Shown here: positions 18,783-26,559 of the stretch, piece after piece | Numbering within the stretch: the first letter of the stretch is position 1 | Layout of the letters: each line of letters begins with the position of its first letter | DNA from: a virus | Taxonomy: Duplodnaviria; Caudoviricetes | IMG/VR virus record: IMGVR_UViG_3300030389_001641 | Span: 1 to 56,869 of that record | Reading direction: 5' to 3' (one strand) | Length of the DNA: 56,869 bases | Program-made: the position numbers and the translations under genes | The notes under the pieces: model-generated | Told to the model about the DNA's origin: nothing | What the model saw: only the letters and a program-made list of their open reading frames with translations | Databases searched by the model: none

Positions 18783-19721
18783 TTAACCCACAGAAGTATT
18801 ATTATCAAGGAGAGAAAGCAATTCAGCGAGACTTTGCTCTTCATCCGTTCCTAATCCCATCAGTTGTTCAGAAGATAATGTTGGTGTTGCTTCAGATAAC
18901 ATACTCGCAGTGTACTGACTTGTCGGTGGAGTAATCATCGAAGTTTGAGGTTTGAATTGATCTTTGTAAAAATCTAAAAATCCACCATCTATTTTAGGAG
19001 GTGTAATAAATCCATCATCTACTTTAGGAGGTGTAATGCCCGTGAACCCAGAATCAAAATCCGCTGGTAAAGGTGTTACATAAGGAGTTGGTTTAACAAG
19101 ATCATAAACTGGAACTGGTATGGGTTTTTCATCACCGCCACCGCCAGAGTCGCCACCACCGCCACCGCCGCCATTATCAACGCCTTCATCCTCTGGAGGA
19201 TTATCGGGGTCATATTTAAAAGCTTTTTCACCCGCACCATGAACAACGTTTAAATCAGAAGCACTTTGTGTTTTCTTACCACCGCCCGCAGCTTCAGCAA
19301 TCTTTTTAAAATAATCAAGGTTATAGGGCGAACCACCAAAGTTATAATTGTCAAAGCTACTTAGATCTGAGTAATCGCCCCCTGAACCAGAAACTGTCGG
19401 ACCAATCTTTTTAAGTTCCGCTTGAGCTTGTTCCTGAGTCAAGTTCTCTGGATCCAATAATGTAACGGCAGATTGTGTACCGCCATATCTTCCCGCACTA
19501 TACGCAGGATTACTTTCACCGCCAAAACCTTTTGGAAACGGCGTAGCTTCAGCTACAATAGAAAAAGGTAAACCAAAAGCTTTTCCATAGTCAAATTTCG
19601 TTGAACCAAAAAAATCTTTAAAACTTGTGTCTGCTTCATTTAAATCTTCAGCAGCGGTTTTTGGAGTAGAAGTTTTTTTTGGAGTTTGAACATCAAACTC
19701 ATTTCCATATGAAAAATTCAT
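18783..19721 (-). CDS. low-complexity G/P/S/D-rich protein, first gene of the late operon
   Basis: 312 aa; GGAGG RBS; poly-G tract and ITPP repeats. Confidence 0.7.
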   Translation of the reverse strand: MNFSYGNEFDVQTPKKTSTPKTAAEDLNEADTSFKDFFGSTKFDYGKAFGLPFSIVAEATPFPKGFGGESNPAYSAGRYGGTQSAVTLLDPENLTQEQAQAELKKIGPTVSGSGGDYSDLSSFDNYNFGGSPYNLDYFKKIAEAAGGGKKTQSASDLNVVHGAGEKAFKYDPDNPPEDEGVDNGGGGGGGDSGGGGDEKPIPVPVYDLVKPTPYVTPLPADFDSGFTGITPPKVDDGFITPPKIDGGFLDFYKDQFKPQTSMITPPTSQYTASMLSEATPTLSSEQLMGLGTDEEQSLAELLSLLDNNTSVG

Positions 19722-19785
19722 TATATTTCCTCCAAACGAAAATAAAATTGTAATAATTTTAGAGGCCTGGGACTCCTAACCATAA

Positions 19786-19814
19786 ACTATACAGAAAAAG
19801 GGTTCTCGGATCAA
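19786..19814 (-). promoter_or_regulatory. sigma70-like promoter for the leftward late operon
   Basis: TTGATC-17 nt-TATAGT with a TG extension; an inverted repeat at 19808-19827 overlaps the -35. Confidence 0.6.
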
Positions 19815-19993
19815 GGGTCTTTGATCCACCATAAAGCTGAGACCAGAAAAGTTATGGCTACGAACAAGCTAATTATGAAGAAGATTATCATAACTACAAT
19901 ATATATCCGAATGAAAATATATCCAAATGAATTTATAAAACTTGGGCGGGAGGGTGGGGCCCGGCAGGCCGGCCAATGTCAAGGGGGTATGGG

Positions 19994-20061
19994 TGTCAGT
20001 AATTTGACATATACCGATCCGATTTGACCAAGTAACCCCTTGTCAAGTCAATAATTTGACA
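19994..20061. promoter_or_regulatory. two related palindromes GTCA-RTAAT-TTGAC (candidate operators)
   Basis: tgtcagtaatttgaca at 19994 and agtcaataatttgaca at 20046 in the divergent intergenic region. Confidence 0.5.
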
Positions 20062-20198
20062 AATGTTATTTTGTGCTAGCTGCTAGCGTTATTTTTACAA
20101 CAGTTAATTATAAGTTAAATAAGTCTGTATTATGTTGTAGTATGTTGTCCTGGAAATTGATAATATATTTATATGGTTAATTAAAAGGAAATTTAAAA

Positions 20199-20474
20199 AT
20201 GAATACACCAACAGTAATAAATATGAAGTCATCAAAAGGTAACAAAGTTCCTAATCAATTTATAATTTGGACAGATGAAGAACAATTTTTTCAAAGCTAC
20301 CAAACTATTATCGGTAAAAGAGATATCAAGGGTAACATTACTCTTGATGAAAATAGATGGGATTATTCTGTGACCACATCAAAATATAGAAATCTATGGC
20401 TAGGCATGAATACGAAAGAAGTTAAAGATGCCATTAAATCTGGTACAATTATTCTGGATAATTTAAATCAATAA
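20199..20474 (+). CDS. early hypothetical protein
   Basis: 91 aa; AAGGA RBS; FQSY...I, WDYS.TT.KYRN motif. Confidence 0.75.
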   Translation: MNTPTVINMKSSKGNKVPNQFIIWTDEEQFFQSYQTIIGKRDIKGNITLDENRWDYSVTTSKYRNLWLGMNTKEVKDAIKSGTIILDNLNQ

Positions 20475-20511
20475 AAAATAAAAGGCTTGCGAGAATTTTC
20501 TTGCAAGCCTT
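20473..20511 (-). terminator. Rho-independent terminator between convergent genes
   Basis: aaggcttgcgagaa/ttcttgcaagcctt stem; T-tract on the minus strand. Confidence 0.7.
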
Positions 20512-20538
20512 CCAAAAAAAATTTAAAATTTTACTGCC

Positions 20539-20958
20539 CTACCATTTTGTTTTTTCCTTTCTTTTTATGGTAGGGTTTTTTATTTGTTTATGGATATAGT
20601 TCCATAGTTCCCGAAAGTCCGAAGTCCGAAATCCCGAAGTTCCCGAAACACCGAACTCTCGAAGATTTGACGCTTGTCCACCCTCAAATAAAAATAGACC
20701 ATTGTCCTTAGATCGCTTAACCAAGATGAAACAATGTCCACCATTCTTCCAATATGTTGTATTCCAAGATATTTGAAATGGAGATAGGTTTACTGCATTA
20801 TGTTTTGTAGTTTTAAGTTCGATCCAAAAACTGCATTTTTCCCATAAAAAATGGACATCTGGAACCCCTTTTGTGGTTCTACTTTCAATTCTTGAAAATA
20901 AACAATCTTTAGGGAGATTACTTTTTAACAATCGCCATAAGTTTTTTTCATTAGACAT
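20539..20958 (-). CDS. PD-(D/E)XK nuclease, VRR-NUC/Holliday-junction resolvase-like
   Basis: E..LW, RIE, GVPDV, WIELK, LSPFQ.SW motifs. Confidence 0.8.
   Translation of the reverse strand: MSNEKNLWRLLKSNLPKDCLFSRIESRTTKGVPDVHFLWEKCSFWIELKTTKHNAVNLSPFQISWNTTYWKNGGHCFILVKRSKDNGLFLFEGGQASNLREFGVSGTSGFRTSDFRELWNYIHKQIKNPTIKRKEKTKW
20610..20657 (+). repeat. six CCGAA copies at 7-9 nt spacing
   Basis: cccgaaagtccgaagtccgaaatcccgaagttcccgaaacaccgaac. Confidence 0.9.
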
Positions 20959-21038
20959 GAGTTTTTATATAGCAAATTTTAAAGAAAAACATAAAGTAAT
21001 TTTTTCAAAACCTAAATATTCTCTGATGTGATCAAAAG

Positions 21039-21142
21039 AAGTGTCTCAAGTGTCTCAAATTTTAAGAGAAGTGTCTCAAGGTTTTATCCATATATAATTG
21101 GAAAAAAATAGGTTTTGAGACACTTGAGACACTTGAGACACT
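21039..21142. repeat. inverted iteron array, 3x GTGTCTCAA facing 3x TTGAGACAC (candidate origin or packaging site)
   Basis: GTGTCTCAA at 21041, 21050, 21071; TTGAGACAC at 21115, 21124, 21133; AT-rich spacer and flanks. Confidence 0.85.
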
Positions 21143-21278
21143 ACATTTGAAACAAAAAAAACTTTTTTCATTTTTCTCTGAGAATGCTTATAAGTGTCTT
21201 AAACTATTTATTTGCATTATGTTTCATGTTGTGCAATAATCTTAATATTAAGTGATTTGTTTTTAGAGAGGAAAAATT

Positions 21279-21662
21279 ATGGTTAAATATGATTTAAATA
21301 AATTATTAAATGTTGTTAATTCTTTTTCTGATACTATTTGGTCTTATGAGGTTAGCAATGTTTCATCTGCTCCAAGATCATCTGAATTGCCAAAAGGTAC
21401 AATTTTTCAGAGGATAATTGGTAAAGATAAAATGACCAAAAAAGTTGTAAAAATTTTTGAGGTTACTGTTGGTTCAAATGTTCATGTAAATGTTCATGTA
21501 GTGAGTTCAGAAATCTATGATTTTATATTAAAAGAAATTTCTTTTGATTGTAAAAAATTATCCTCAGAAAATCAAAAATTAAAACATGAAAATGATCTAC
21601 TTGTAGAGTATGATTATAAACCCTCTTTTCTTGATAATGACCTAATTCTTGAAGAGGTTTAA
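21279..21662 (+). CDS. early hypothetical protein
   Basis: 127 aa; GAGGA RBS. Confidence 0.65.
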   Translation: MVKYDLNKLLNVVNSFSDTIWSYEVSNVSSAPRSSELPKGTIFQRIIGKDKMTKKVVKIFEVTVGSNVHVNVHVVSSEIYDFILKEISFDCKKLSSENQKLKHENDLLVEYDYKPSFLDNDLILEEV

Positions 21663-21664
21663 TA

Positions 21665-21832
21665 ATGGACACTAGTTATATTTTAATATGTGATTTTTGT
21701 GGGGAAAAATTACCAAGTATTGAGGGTTCTGCATTTTGTGATGGTAGTGCCTTTAGTGACATTGGATATGATGACAGAATTGCATGTTCAAATTGTATTG
21801 GAAAATTAACTACAGAGGATCAAGGACAATGA
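21665..21832 (+). CDS. 55-aa CxxC...CxxC zinc-finger miniprotein
   Basis: Translated by hand: MDTSYILICDFCGEK...IACSNCIGKLTTEDQGQ; GAGG RBS. Confidence 0.65.
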   Translation: MDTSYILICDFCGEKLPSIEGSAFCDGSAFSDIGYDDRIACSNCIGKLTTEDQGQ

Positions 21833-22152
21833 TCCAAATACCATGTGAAATTTGTGGAAAGTTAAACGACCATCAAATATTCCAACAAAATGGTCATGTT
21901 CTTTGTAGAGATTGTAATGGTGTTTATGACAATCACGAATTAGAACATAAGATTAAAAAAGATATTGATTATCATAAGAAAATGATATCAGACAAGTTGT
22001 TAGGTCGATTGACTAGCAAGCAAATTGGTCAAGAAATTGATCGATTTGAACATGAGCTATTTCTAAGAACAAAAGATTTATTTCTATTAGAACAATCTTT
22101 TGACAATGAGGAAGTAGTTTTAAAATCCAATAAATATAAGAAAAGGAAGTAA
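21829..22152 (+). CDS. zinc-finger protein
   Basis: Likely start MIQIPCEICG (ATGA overlap, AGGA RBS); CEIC...CRDC. Confidence 0.65.
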   Translation: MIQIPCEICGKLNDHQIFQQNGHVLCRDCNGVYDNHELEHKIKKDIDYHKKMISDKLLGRLTSKQIGQEIDRFEHELFLRTKDLFLLEQSFDNEEVVLKSNKYKKRK

Positions 22153-22153
22153 A

Positions 22154-22354
22154 ATGGGAAAATTTCAAAACTCATATTTGATTGAATTAGAAGATGATGC
22201 ATGGTCAATGGATCGAGATGAATTTATCCAGAAACATGGCATTTGGAATGAGGATTTTTATTTAAAAATAGAGAGGAGGAAAGACGAAGAATTGCGTTTG
22301 ATTGACGTACAACAAAGTTTATACAGATTTTTAAATGGAGGTAAAAACAAATGA
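22154..22354 (+). CDS. hypothetical protein
   Basis: 66 aa; AAGGA RBS. Confidence 0.65.
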   Translation: MGKFQNSYLIELEDDAWSMDRDEFIQKHGIWNEDFYLKIERRKDEELRLIDVQQSLYRFLNGGKNK

Positions 22355-22743
22355 AAATCGAAACAATAAATAAACAATCAATAGATGTAATTAGAAAATA
22401 TATTGCTAATGCTTTACAACAAATTCAAAAAGATTTGGGTGTAAAAATTAACTTTGGAAATGCTAGATATGATCATGATACAGTGCGATTTCCGAATGTA
22501 GAAGTATCACTTGAAAATGCAAAATCCAAGGAAGAGAAAGATTTGGAATGGGTTTTGAAAATGTATGATCATATTGATAGCAATAAAATTGCAGATGTTG
22601 GAAATCATAAATTTTCTATTGTTGGTTATAATGTGAAAGCCAAGAAAAATAATTGGGTGGTTCATGATCATGTAACCAATAAAAAATATATAATGCCTAT
22701 GAGTACAGTTGAAAAACATTTCAGAAAGGAAGTAACACAATGA
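22351..22743 (+). CDS. hypothetical protein
   Basis: 130 aa; GGAGG RBS; coupled. Confidence 0.7.
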   Translation: MKIETINKQSIDVIRKYIANALQQIQKDLGVKINFGNARYDHDTVRFPNVEVSLENAKSKEEKDLEWVLKMYDHIDSNKIADVGNHKFSIVGYNVKAKKNNWVVHDHVTNKKYIMPMSTVEKHFRKEVTQ

Positions 22744-23147
22744 AAAAAGGTTATTTAATTAATCCTAAAAATCAATCCATGACAGAGGTTGATGTTAAGG
22801 ACTATACAGATATTCGAAAACTTTTGAATTGTAGGGTTTTCACTAGTGCAGATTACATGCTCCATAGAGTTGGCACTAAAGATTGTCTTTATGTAGATGA
22901 CGAGGGGTTACTCTATGATGATACTGATGAAGATCGAAATTTCGGATTTGCGTTTGGAATATGTGATCCAGTTTTTGGCAAGGGTTTGATCATGGGTTTA
23001 GATTATAACAATGGTGAAACAACTGAGAGACCACATACACCCATGGAAAAATATGTAGACAGTATTTGCTATGGTTGGAGTGCCAAGAAGCCAGAACCAA
23101 AGATAGAGGTTCGATCTTTTGATAACTTTGAGGATTTAATAAAATGA
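22740..23147 (+). CDS. hypothetical protein (YVDDEGL motif, DUF3846-like)
   Basis: 135 aa; LINP, LYVDDEGL, FGKGLIMG. Confidence 0.65.
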   Translation: MKKGYLINPKNQSMTEVDVKDYTDIRKLLNCRVFTSADYMLHRVGTKDCLYVDDEGLLYDDTDEDRNFGFAFGICDPVFGKGLIMGLDYNNGETTERPHTPMEKYVDSICYGWSAKKPEPKIEVRSFDNFEDLIK

Positions 23148-23266
23148 GTGAGGATAAAAAGAAAAGTTGGTTTGATGACCATGTTATTGTTTTGGGTGAT
23201 AATGAAGAACTCAATAAAAAAATTATGGAAAAACTAAAAGAGGAGGTGGAGAAAAAAGAAGATTAA
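23144..23266 (+). CDS. 40-aa charged peptide (MSEDKKKSWFDDHVIV...)
   Basis: Translated by hand; ATGA overlap, GAGG RBS. Confidence 0.55.
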   Translation: MSEDKKKSWFDDHVIVLGDNEELNKKIMEKLKEEVEKKED

Positions 23267-23316
23267 TTACTATTAGCACTCTCATAGAAATATGGGAGTG
23301 CCTTTAATAATTAATC
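23261..23316 (+). other. long stem-loop with GAAA tetraloop (candidate RNA processing/stability element)
   Basis: gcactctcata-GAAA-tatgggagtgc 11-bp stem with one G-U, extended by gattaatta/taattaatc. Confidence 0.6.
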
Positions 23317-23332
23317 AAGGAAAGGAAAAATT

Positions 23333-23473
23333 ATGATTGATAATGATATGATAATAGAGCAATTATATATTGATGCCCTTGAAGAAGTTGAAGAGGAATT
23401 CAGATTTAGTTTAGAGCAAGAAGAAAAAGAAATCTTAGCCGAGAAAATAGCAAGAGAGAGATTTGAGAGATGA
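23333..23473 (+). CDS. 46-aa acidic peptide (MIDNDMIIEQLYIDALEEVEEEF...)
   Basis: Translated by hand; AAGGA RBS; ATGA overlap with the next ORF. Confidence 0.6.
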   Translation: MIDNDMIIEQLYIDALEEVEEEFRFSLEQEEKEILAEKIARERFER

Positions 23474-23805
23474 AAAATTCAATAGATATTACACATTTAT
23501 ATGATATCGAAAAAGAAAATCCGATTTATATGTTAATCGATTTACAAAATGGTCAAGAAATGACGATACATAACAAAGAGTCATTAGCAGTATATCTGCA
23601 ATATTTAACACCGAGAGATAAACCATTGATTGGTTATGATGGTTGGATTTGTTTAGATCCGACCGATATTATGTCTGTTAATACTTTAGATGATGTTTTT
23701 GAAATCTGTGATATGATCAAAAGATCCGACATGATACCGAATAAACGATATCCGACCGATTTTTTAAATATGGATATGGATTTACACATAAGGAGAATTT
23801 TATGA
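23470..23805 (+). CDS. hypothetical protein
   Basis: 111 aa, coupled on both sides. Confidence 0.55.
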   Translation: MKNSIDITHLYDIEKENPIYMLIDLQNGQEMTIHNKESLAVYLQYLTPRDKPLIGYDGWICLDPTDIMSVNTLDDVFEICDMIKRSDMIPNKRYPTDFLNMDMDLHIRRIL

Positions 23806-24119
23806 AACGCAAATGTCCAAGGTGCAATGTCCAAGGTGATATGATTGATGTACATGGTCATGTACAATGTTCGATCTGTGGATCAGTTATAGATGATTGT
23901 TGCCAAGGCGAAACTGCTTGTGACATCAATCCCCTAAAAACTTACTACATTCGAGTGAGAGCAGAATACGTTGGTTATTTTCCGGTAAAAGCAAATAATC
24001 TTGAAGATGCAGAACAAGCTGCAATTCAAGAATTGTACGAAGGAATGAATGATGAGTATGATGCGATTATTGATATTGAGGAATATCAACCCGAAGAAGA
24101 TAATGCTTTATTGCCATGA
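23802..24119 (+). CDS. zinc-finger protein with acidic C-terminal domain
   Basis: CPRC...VHGHVQCSIC....DCCQGE; AAGGAG RBS. Confidence 0.7.
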   Translation: MKRKCPRCNVQGDMIDVHGHVQCSICGSVIDDCCQGETACDINPLKTYYIRVRAEYVGYFPVKANNLEDAEQAAIQELYEGMNDEYDAIIDIEEYQPEEDNALLP

Positions 24120-24292
24120 TTTATTTTATTGAATGTCCTCTATGTTTAGGAATTGGAAGTATCCAAGCAGAACTTCCGATTGCCGAACATAAAAATGGTC
24201 ACGATCAGACACAATTATTAATAGAGTGTCCGAAGTGTGAGGGTTCTGGTGAAATTAATGTGGAAGGAGGTAAAGGAGAAAACTACGACTAA
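24116..24292 (+). CDS. 58-aa DnaJ-type zinc-finger miniprotein
   Basis: Translated by hand: CPLCLGIG...CPKCEGSG (two CxxCxGxG). Confidence 0.7.
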   Translation: MIYFIECPLCLGIGSIQAELPIAEHKNGHDQTQLLIECPKCEGSGEINVEGGKGENYD

Positions 24293-24326
24293 TTAAATTT
24301 TAACAATAAAAAGAATGGAGGTAACA

Positions 24327-24782
24327 ATGCCTAATCATTGTACAAATGAAATATATTTTAGTTTTAAAACTGAAAAAGACAAAGATCGTTTTTTAAAAAA
24401 CGTAGGAGGTAAAGACGAGAGTGGAGAGGAAGAACCATTTACTTTCAACAAGATTATTCCATTACCAGATGGTAAATGGGATTATGATTGGTGTTGGGAA
24501 AATTGGGATACCAAATGGGATTGCTATGAACTAGATGTTGATAGTGAAATCGGAGATGGAAGAACAACAGTCTCGATTAATTTTCTTACTGCATGGGGTC
24601 CACCCACAAAAATTTTGCAAAGAATTCTTGAGGAGCCGAAGTATTCCAAAGGTTTAGAATACGTTAGATGGTTTTATCGAGATGAGGCAGATCAGTTTTG
24701 TGGATATCTTGATGATGATTGTGGTTTAGAAAATGGAGAGGTAGTGACACCCAAAAAATTTACTGGAACCTATGATGCTTAG
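24327..24782 (+). CDS. DUF1281/YubB ferredoxin-like fold protein
   Basis: MPNHC.N, F.FNKIIP.P, WYDW..ENW.TKW-like, F.TAW.PP motifs; GGAGG RBS. Confidence 0.75.
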   Translation: MPNHCTNEIYFSFKTEKDKDRFLKNVGGKDESGEEEPFTFNKIIPLPDGKWDYDWCWENWDTKWDCYELDVDSEIGDGRTTVSINFLTAWGPPTKILQRILEEPKYSKGLEYVRWFYRDEADQFCGYLDDDCGLENGEVVTPKKFTGTYDA

Positions 24783-25902
24783 ACACGTAGATTTATGTAG
24801 TGGAATCGGGGGCTTTGCCCTCGGTTTCCATTGGGCGAAATTGTCCGAACCAGTATTATTTTGCGATACCGAACCATGGTGCAGACAGATATTAAATAAA
24901 AATTTTCCAAATATACCGATCGCTACAGATGTAAAGGAGTTAGCAAATGATCCAGAAAGACTTGTTCCCGACCACGACATCCTCAGTTGTGGATACCCAT
25001 GCCAACCATTCAGTGTTGCGGGTCTTAGAAAAGGAGAGGAAGATGATCGCCACATCTGGCCGAGCATCTTTAGAATTATTACACACAAAAGACCCTCTTG
25101 GGTCGTTTGCGAAAACGTTTATGGTCACGTTGCCTTGGGTCTCGACAAAGTGTTGTTTGACATGGAAAGCCAAGGCTACGCCACAAGGACGTTTATTGTT
25201 CCAGCTTGTGCCAAAAATGCGCCCCATAGAAGAGATAGACTCTGGATCATCTGTAAAAATGTGGGCGACACCGAGAGTCGGGGGCGAGGAGAGTTTCGAG
25301 AGTCTTCAGAAAAGAAAGGGAACGAAAGTTGCCAAATCGACAGGGGGCAATCTGTTGGCTCAAGTGGAGTACGAACAAATGTGGGCGACACCGAATACAA
25401 TGGATCATCTTCCACCGAGATCAAAAGAAGCTACCAAGAAAATGCAAGAGGGTCACAGAAAAGGGAGATCGAGACCGAGCAATCTCAGAGAACAAGTGGA
25501 CGAGGAGACCATGAAGTTATGGCCGACACCGAATGCTTGGGATGGGAACAGAGGTCCGAGGTCAAAGGAGAATTTGATCGAGAAAGATCACCAGATCAAT
25601 CTGATTTCAGCAGTAAAGGATGCCGAGGATCCAGATCCAGTACATCTTTGGCCGACACCGAGGGCAAGGGATTACAAGGATGGTCACAAGATACCACCGA
25701 GTATTCAAAATGGATCGAGGAGTCATCATCTTGGAACAAAAGTTTTGGAGAAGAAACAAACATCTGGAACGTTGAACCCAACGTGGGTCGAGTGGCTCAT
25801 GGGATACCCAAAAGGGTGGACAGACTTAAAGGACTAGGCAATGCCATTGTTCCACAGTTAGCCATGCAGATTGGTTTAGCTATAAAGAGTGATTTATCAT
25901 GA
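24772..25902 (+). CDS. C5-cytosine DNA methyltransferase, large (alpha-type) chain
   Basis: Motif I DLCSGIGGF, IV GYPCQPFS, VI ENV, VIII PHRRDRLW, X RLKGLGNAIVP; no motif IX in this frame. Confidence 0.92.
   Translation: MMLRHVDLCSGIGGFALGFHWAKLSEPVLFCDTEPWCRQILNKNFPNIPIATDVKELANDPERLVPDHDILSCGYPCQPFSVAGLRKGEEDDRHIWPSIFRIITHKRPSWVVCENVYGHVALGLDKVLFDMESQGYATRTFIVPACAKNAPHRRDRLWIICKNVGDTESRGRGEFRESSEKKGNESCQIDRGQSVGSSGVRTNVGDTEYNGSSSTEIKRSYQENARGSQKREIETEQSQRTSGRGDHEVMADTECLGWEQRSEVKGEFDRERSPDQSDFSSKGCRGSRSSTSLADTEGKGLQGWSQDTTEYSKWIEESSSWNKSFGEETNIWNVEPNVGRVAHGIPKRVDRLKGLGNAIVPQLAMQIGLAIKSDLS
24947..25837 (+). CDS. nested +1-frame methyltransferase partner (beta-type) chain with four W[AP]TP modules and motif IX
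   Basis: 296 aa open frame inside the MTase; AAGGAG 7 nt before the ATG; ends LNPTWVEWLMGYPKGWTDL. Confidence 0.8.
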   Translation: MIQKDLFPTTTSSVVDTHANHSVLRVLEKERKMIATSGRASLELLHTKDPLGSFAKTFMVTLPWVSTKCCLTWKAKATPQGRLLFQLVPKMRPIEEIDSGSSVKMWATPRVGGEESFESLQKRKGTKVAKSTGGNLLAQVEYEQMWATPNTMDHLPPRSKEATKKMQEGHRKGRSRPSNLREQVDEETMKLWPTPNAWDGNRGPRSKENLIEKDHQINLISAVKDAEDPDPVHLWPTPRARDYKDGHKIPPSIQNGSRSHHLGTKVLEKKQTSGTLNPTWVEWLMGYPKGWTDLKD

Positions 25903-26558
25903 AAATAAATATAGACTATTCAGATTTGTTTTTGGCGGGAGTTTATTTTCTTATTAACAAGGGTAAGGTTGTTTACGTTGGTGAGTCTGGAAAAATAATT
26001 AACAGAATTCAAAATCATCATAAAGATACGGGTAACCCCAAAGTTTTTGACGATTTAAAAGTTATATCAACAAAGACTTTTTATTGGCTAAATGATTATT
26101 GGTTTAGACTATATTTTGAAAGAAGGTGCATTTATTTTTTTAAACCAAAGTATAATAAACAAGAGTATGCGTTAAAGTCACCAATCTCATTGAATAATTT
26201 TTTAATGAGAAGACATTTGTGGAATCAAAATCCACAATTTGTGAATGTTGTCTCTAATTATTGTGGAACAGAAAAATTCAATTCAAGTAAAAAACATACT
26301 ACATTTATGCAAAAATGGTTACATCACCGAAGTAAAAATGGAAAACTAACAAAGATATGCAACTATGAGGGAGATGTATATGAGTGCAAAGGCTATGACC
26401 AATTTTTCAGAACACTCGACCTAACAAAAAAGATTTACATAGATGGTGGCAGTGCTTTCCATTCACTTGTTGATGTTACTTTGACTAAAGATAAAATAAA
26501 AAAAATGAATCTAAATCAAAAGATGTTTAGGCCATTAACAAAAAGAATGCACAATTAA
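25899..26558 (+). CDS. GIY-YIG nuclease domain protein
   Basis: GVYFL....VVYVGES....RI..H, later conserved E and PKYN; ATGA-coupled to the MTase. Confidence 0.7.
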   Translation: MKINIDYSDLFLAGVYFLINKGKVVYVGESGKIINRIQNHHKDTGNPKVFDDLKVISTKTFYWLNDYWFRLYFERRCIYFFKPKYNKQEYALKSPISLNNFLMRRHLWNQNPQFVNVVSNYCGTEKFNSSKKHTTFMQKWLHHRSKNGKLTKICNYEGDVYECKGYDQFFRTLDLTKKIYIDGGSAFHSLVDVTLTKDKIKKMNLNQKMFRPLTKRMHN

Positions 26559-26559
26559 A

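Noticed and set aside
320-19700. Many plus-strand ORFs antisense to structural genes (also 49426..50205 and 44380..44808)
   Set aside because: Shadow frames of genes with biased codons; no RBS, coupling or recognisable motifs
19821-20027. 68-aa ORF in the divergent gap
   Set aside because: TTG start without RBS; runs through palindromes and the G-rich island; more likely non-coding
21039-21142. Iterons and other short repeats (also 6583-6636, 50566-50651) as CRISPR arrays
   Set aside because: No regular repeat-spacer structure, no unique 30-40 nt spacers, no cas genes
23105-23125. GGTTCGAT resembling a tRNA T-loop
   Set aside because: Lies inside a coding region with no cloverleaf; no tRNA was recognised anywhere in the window
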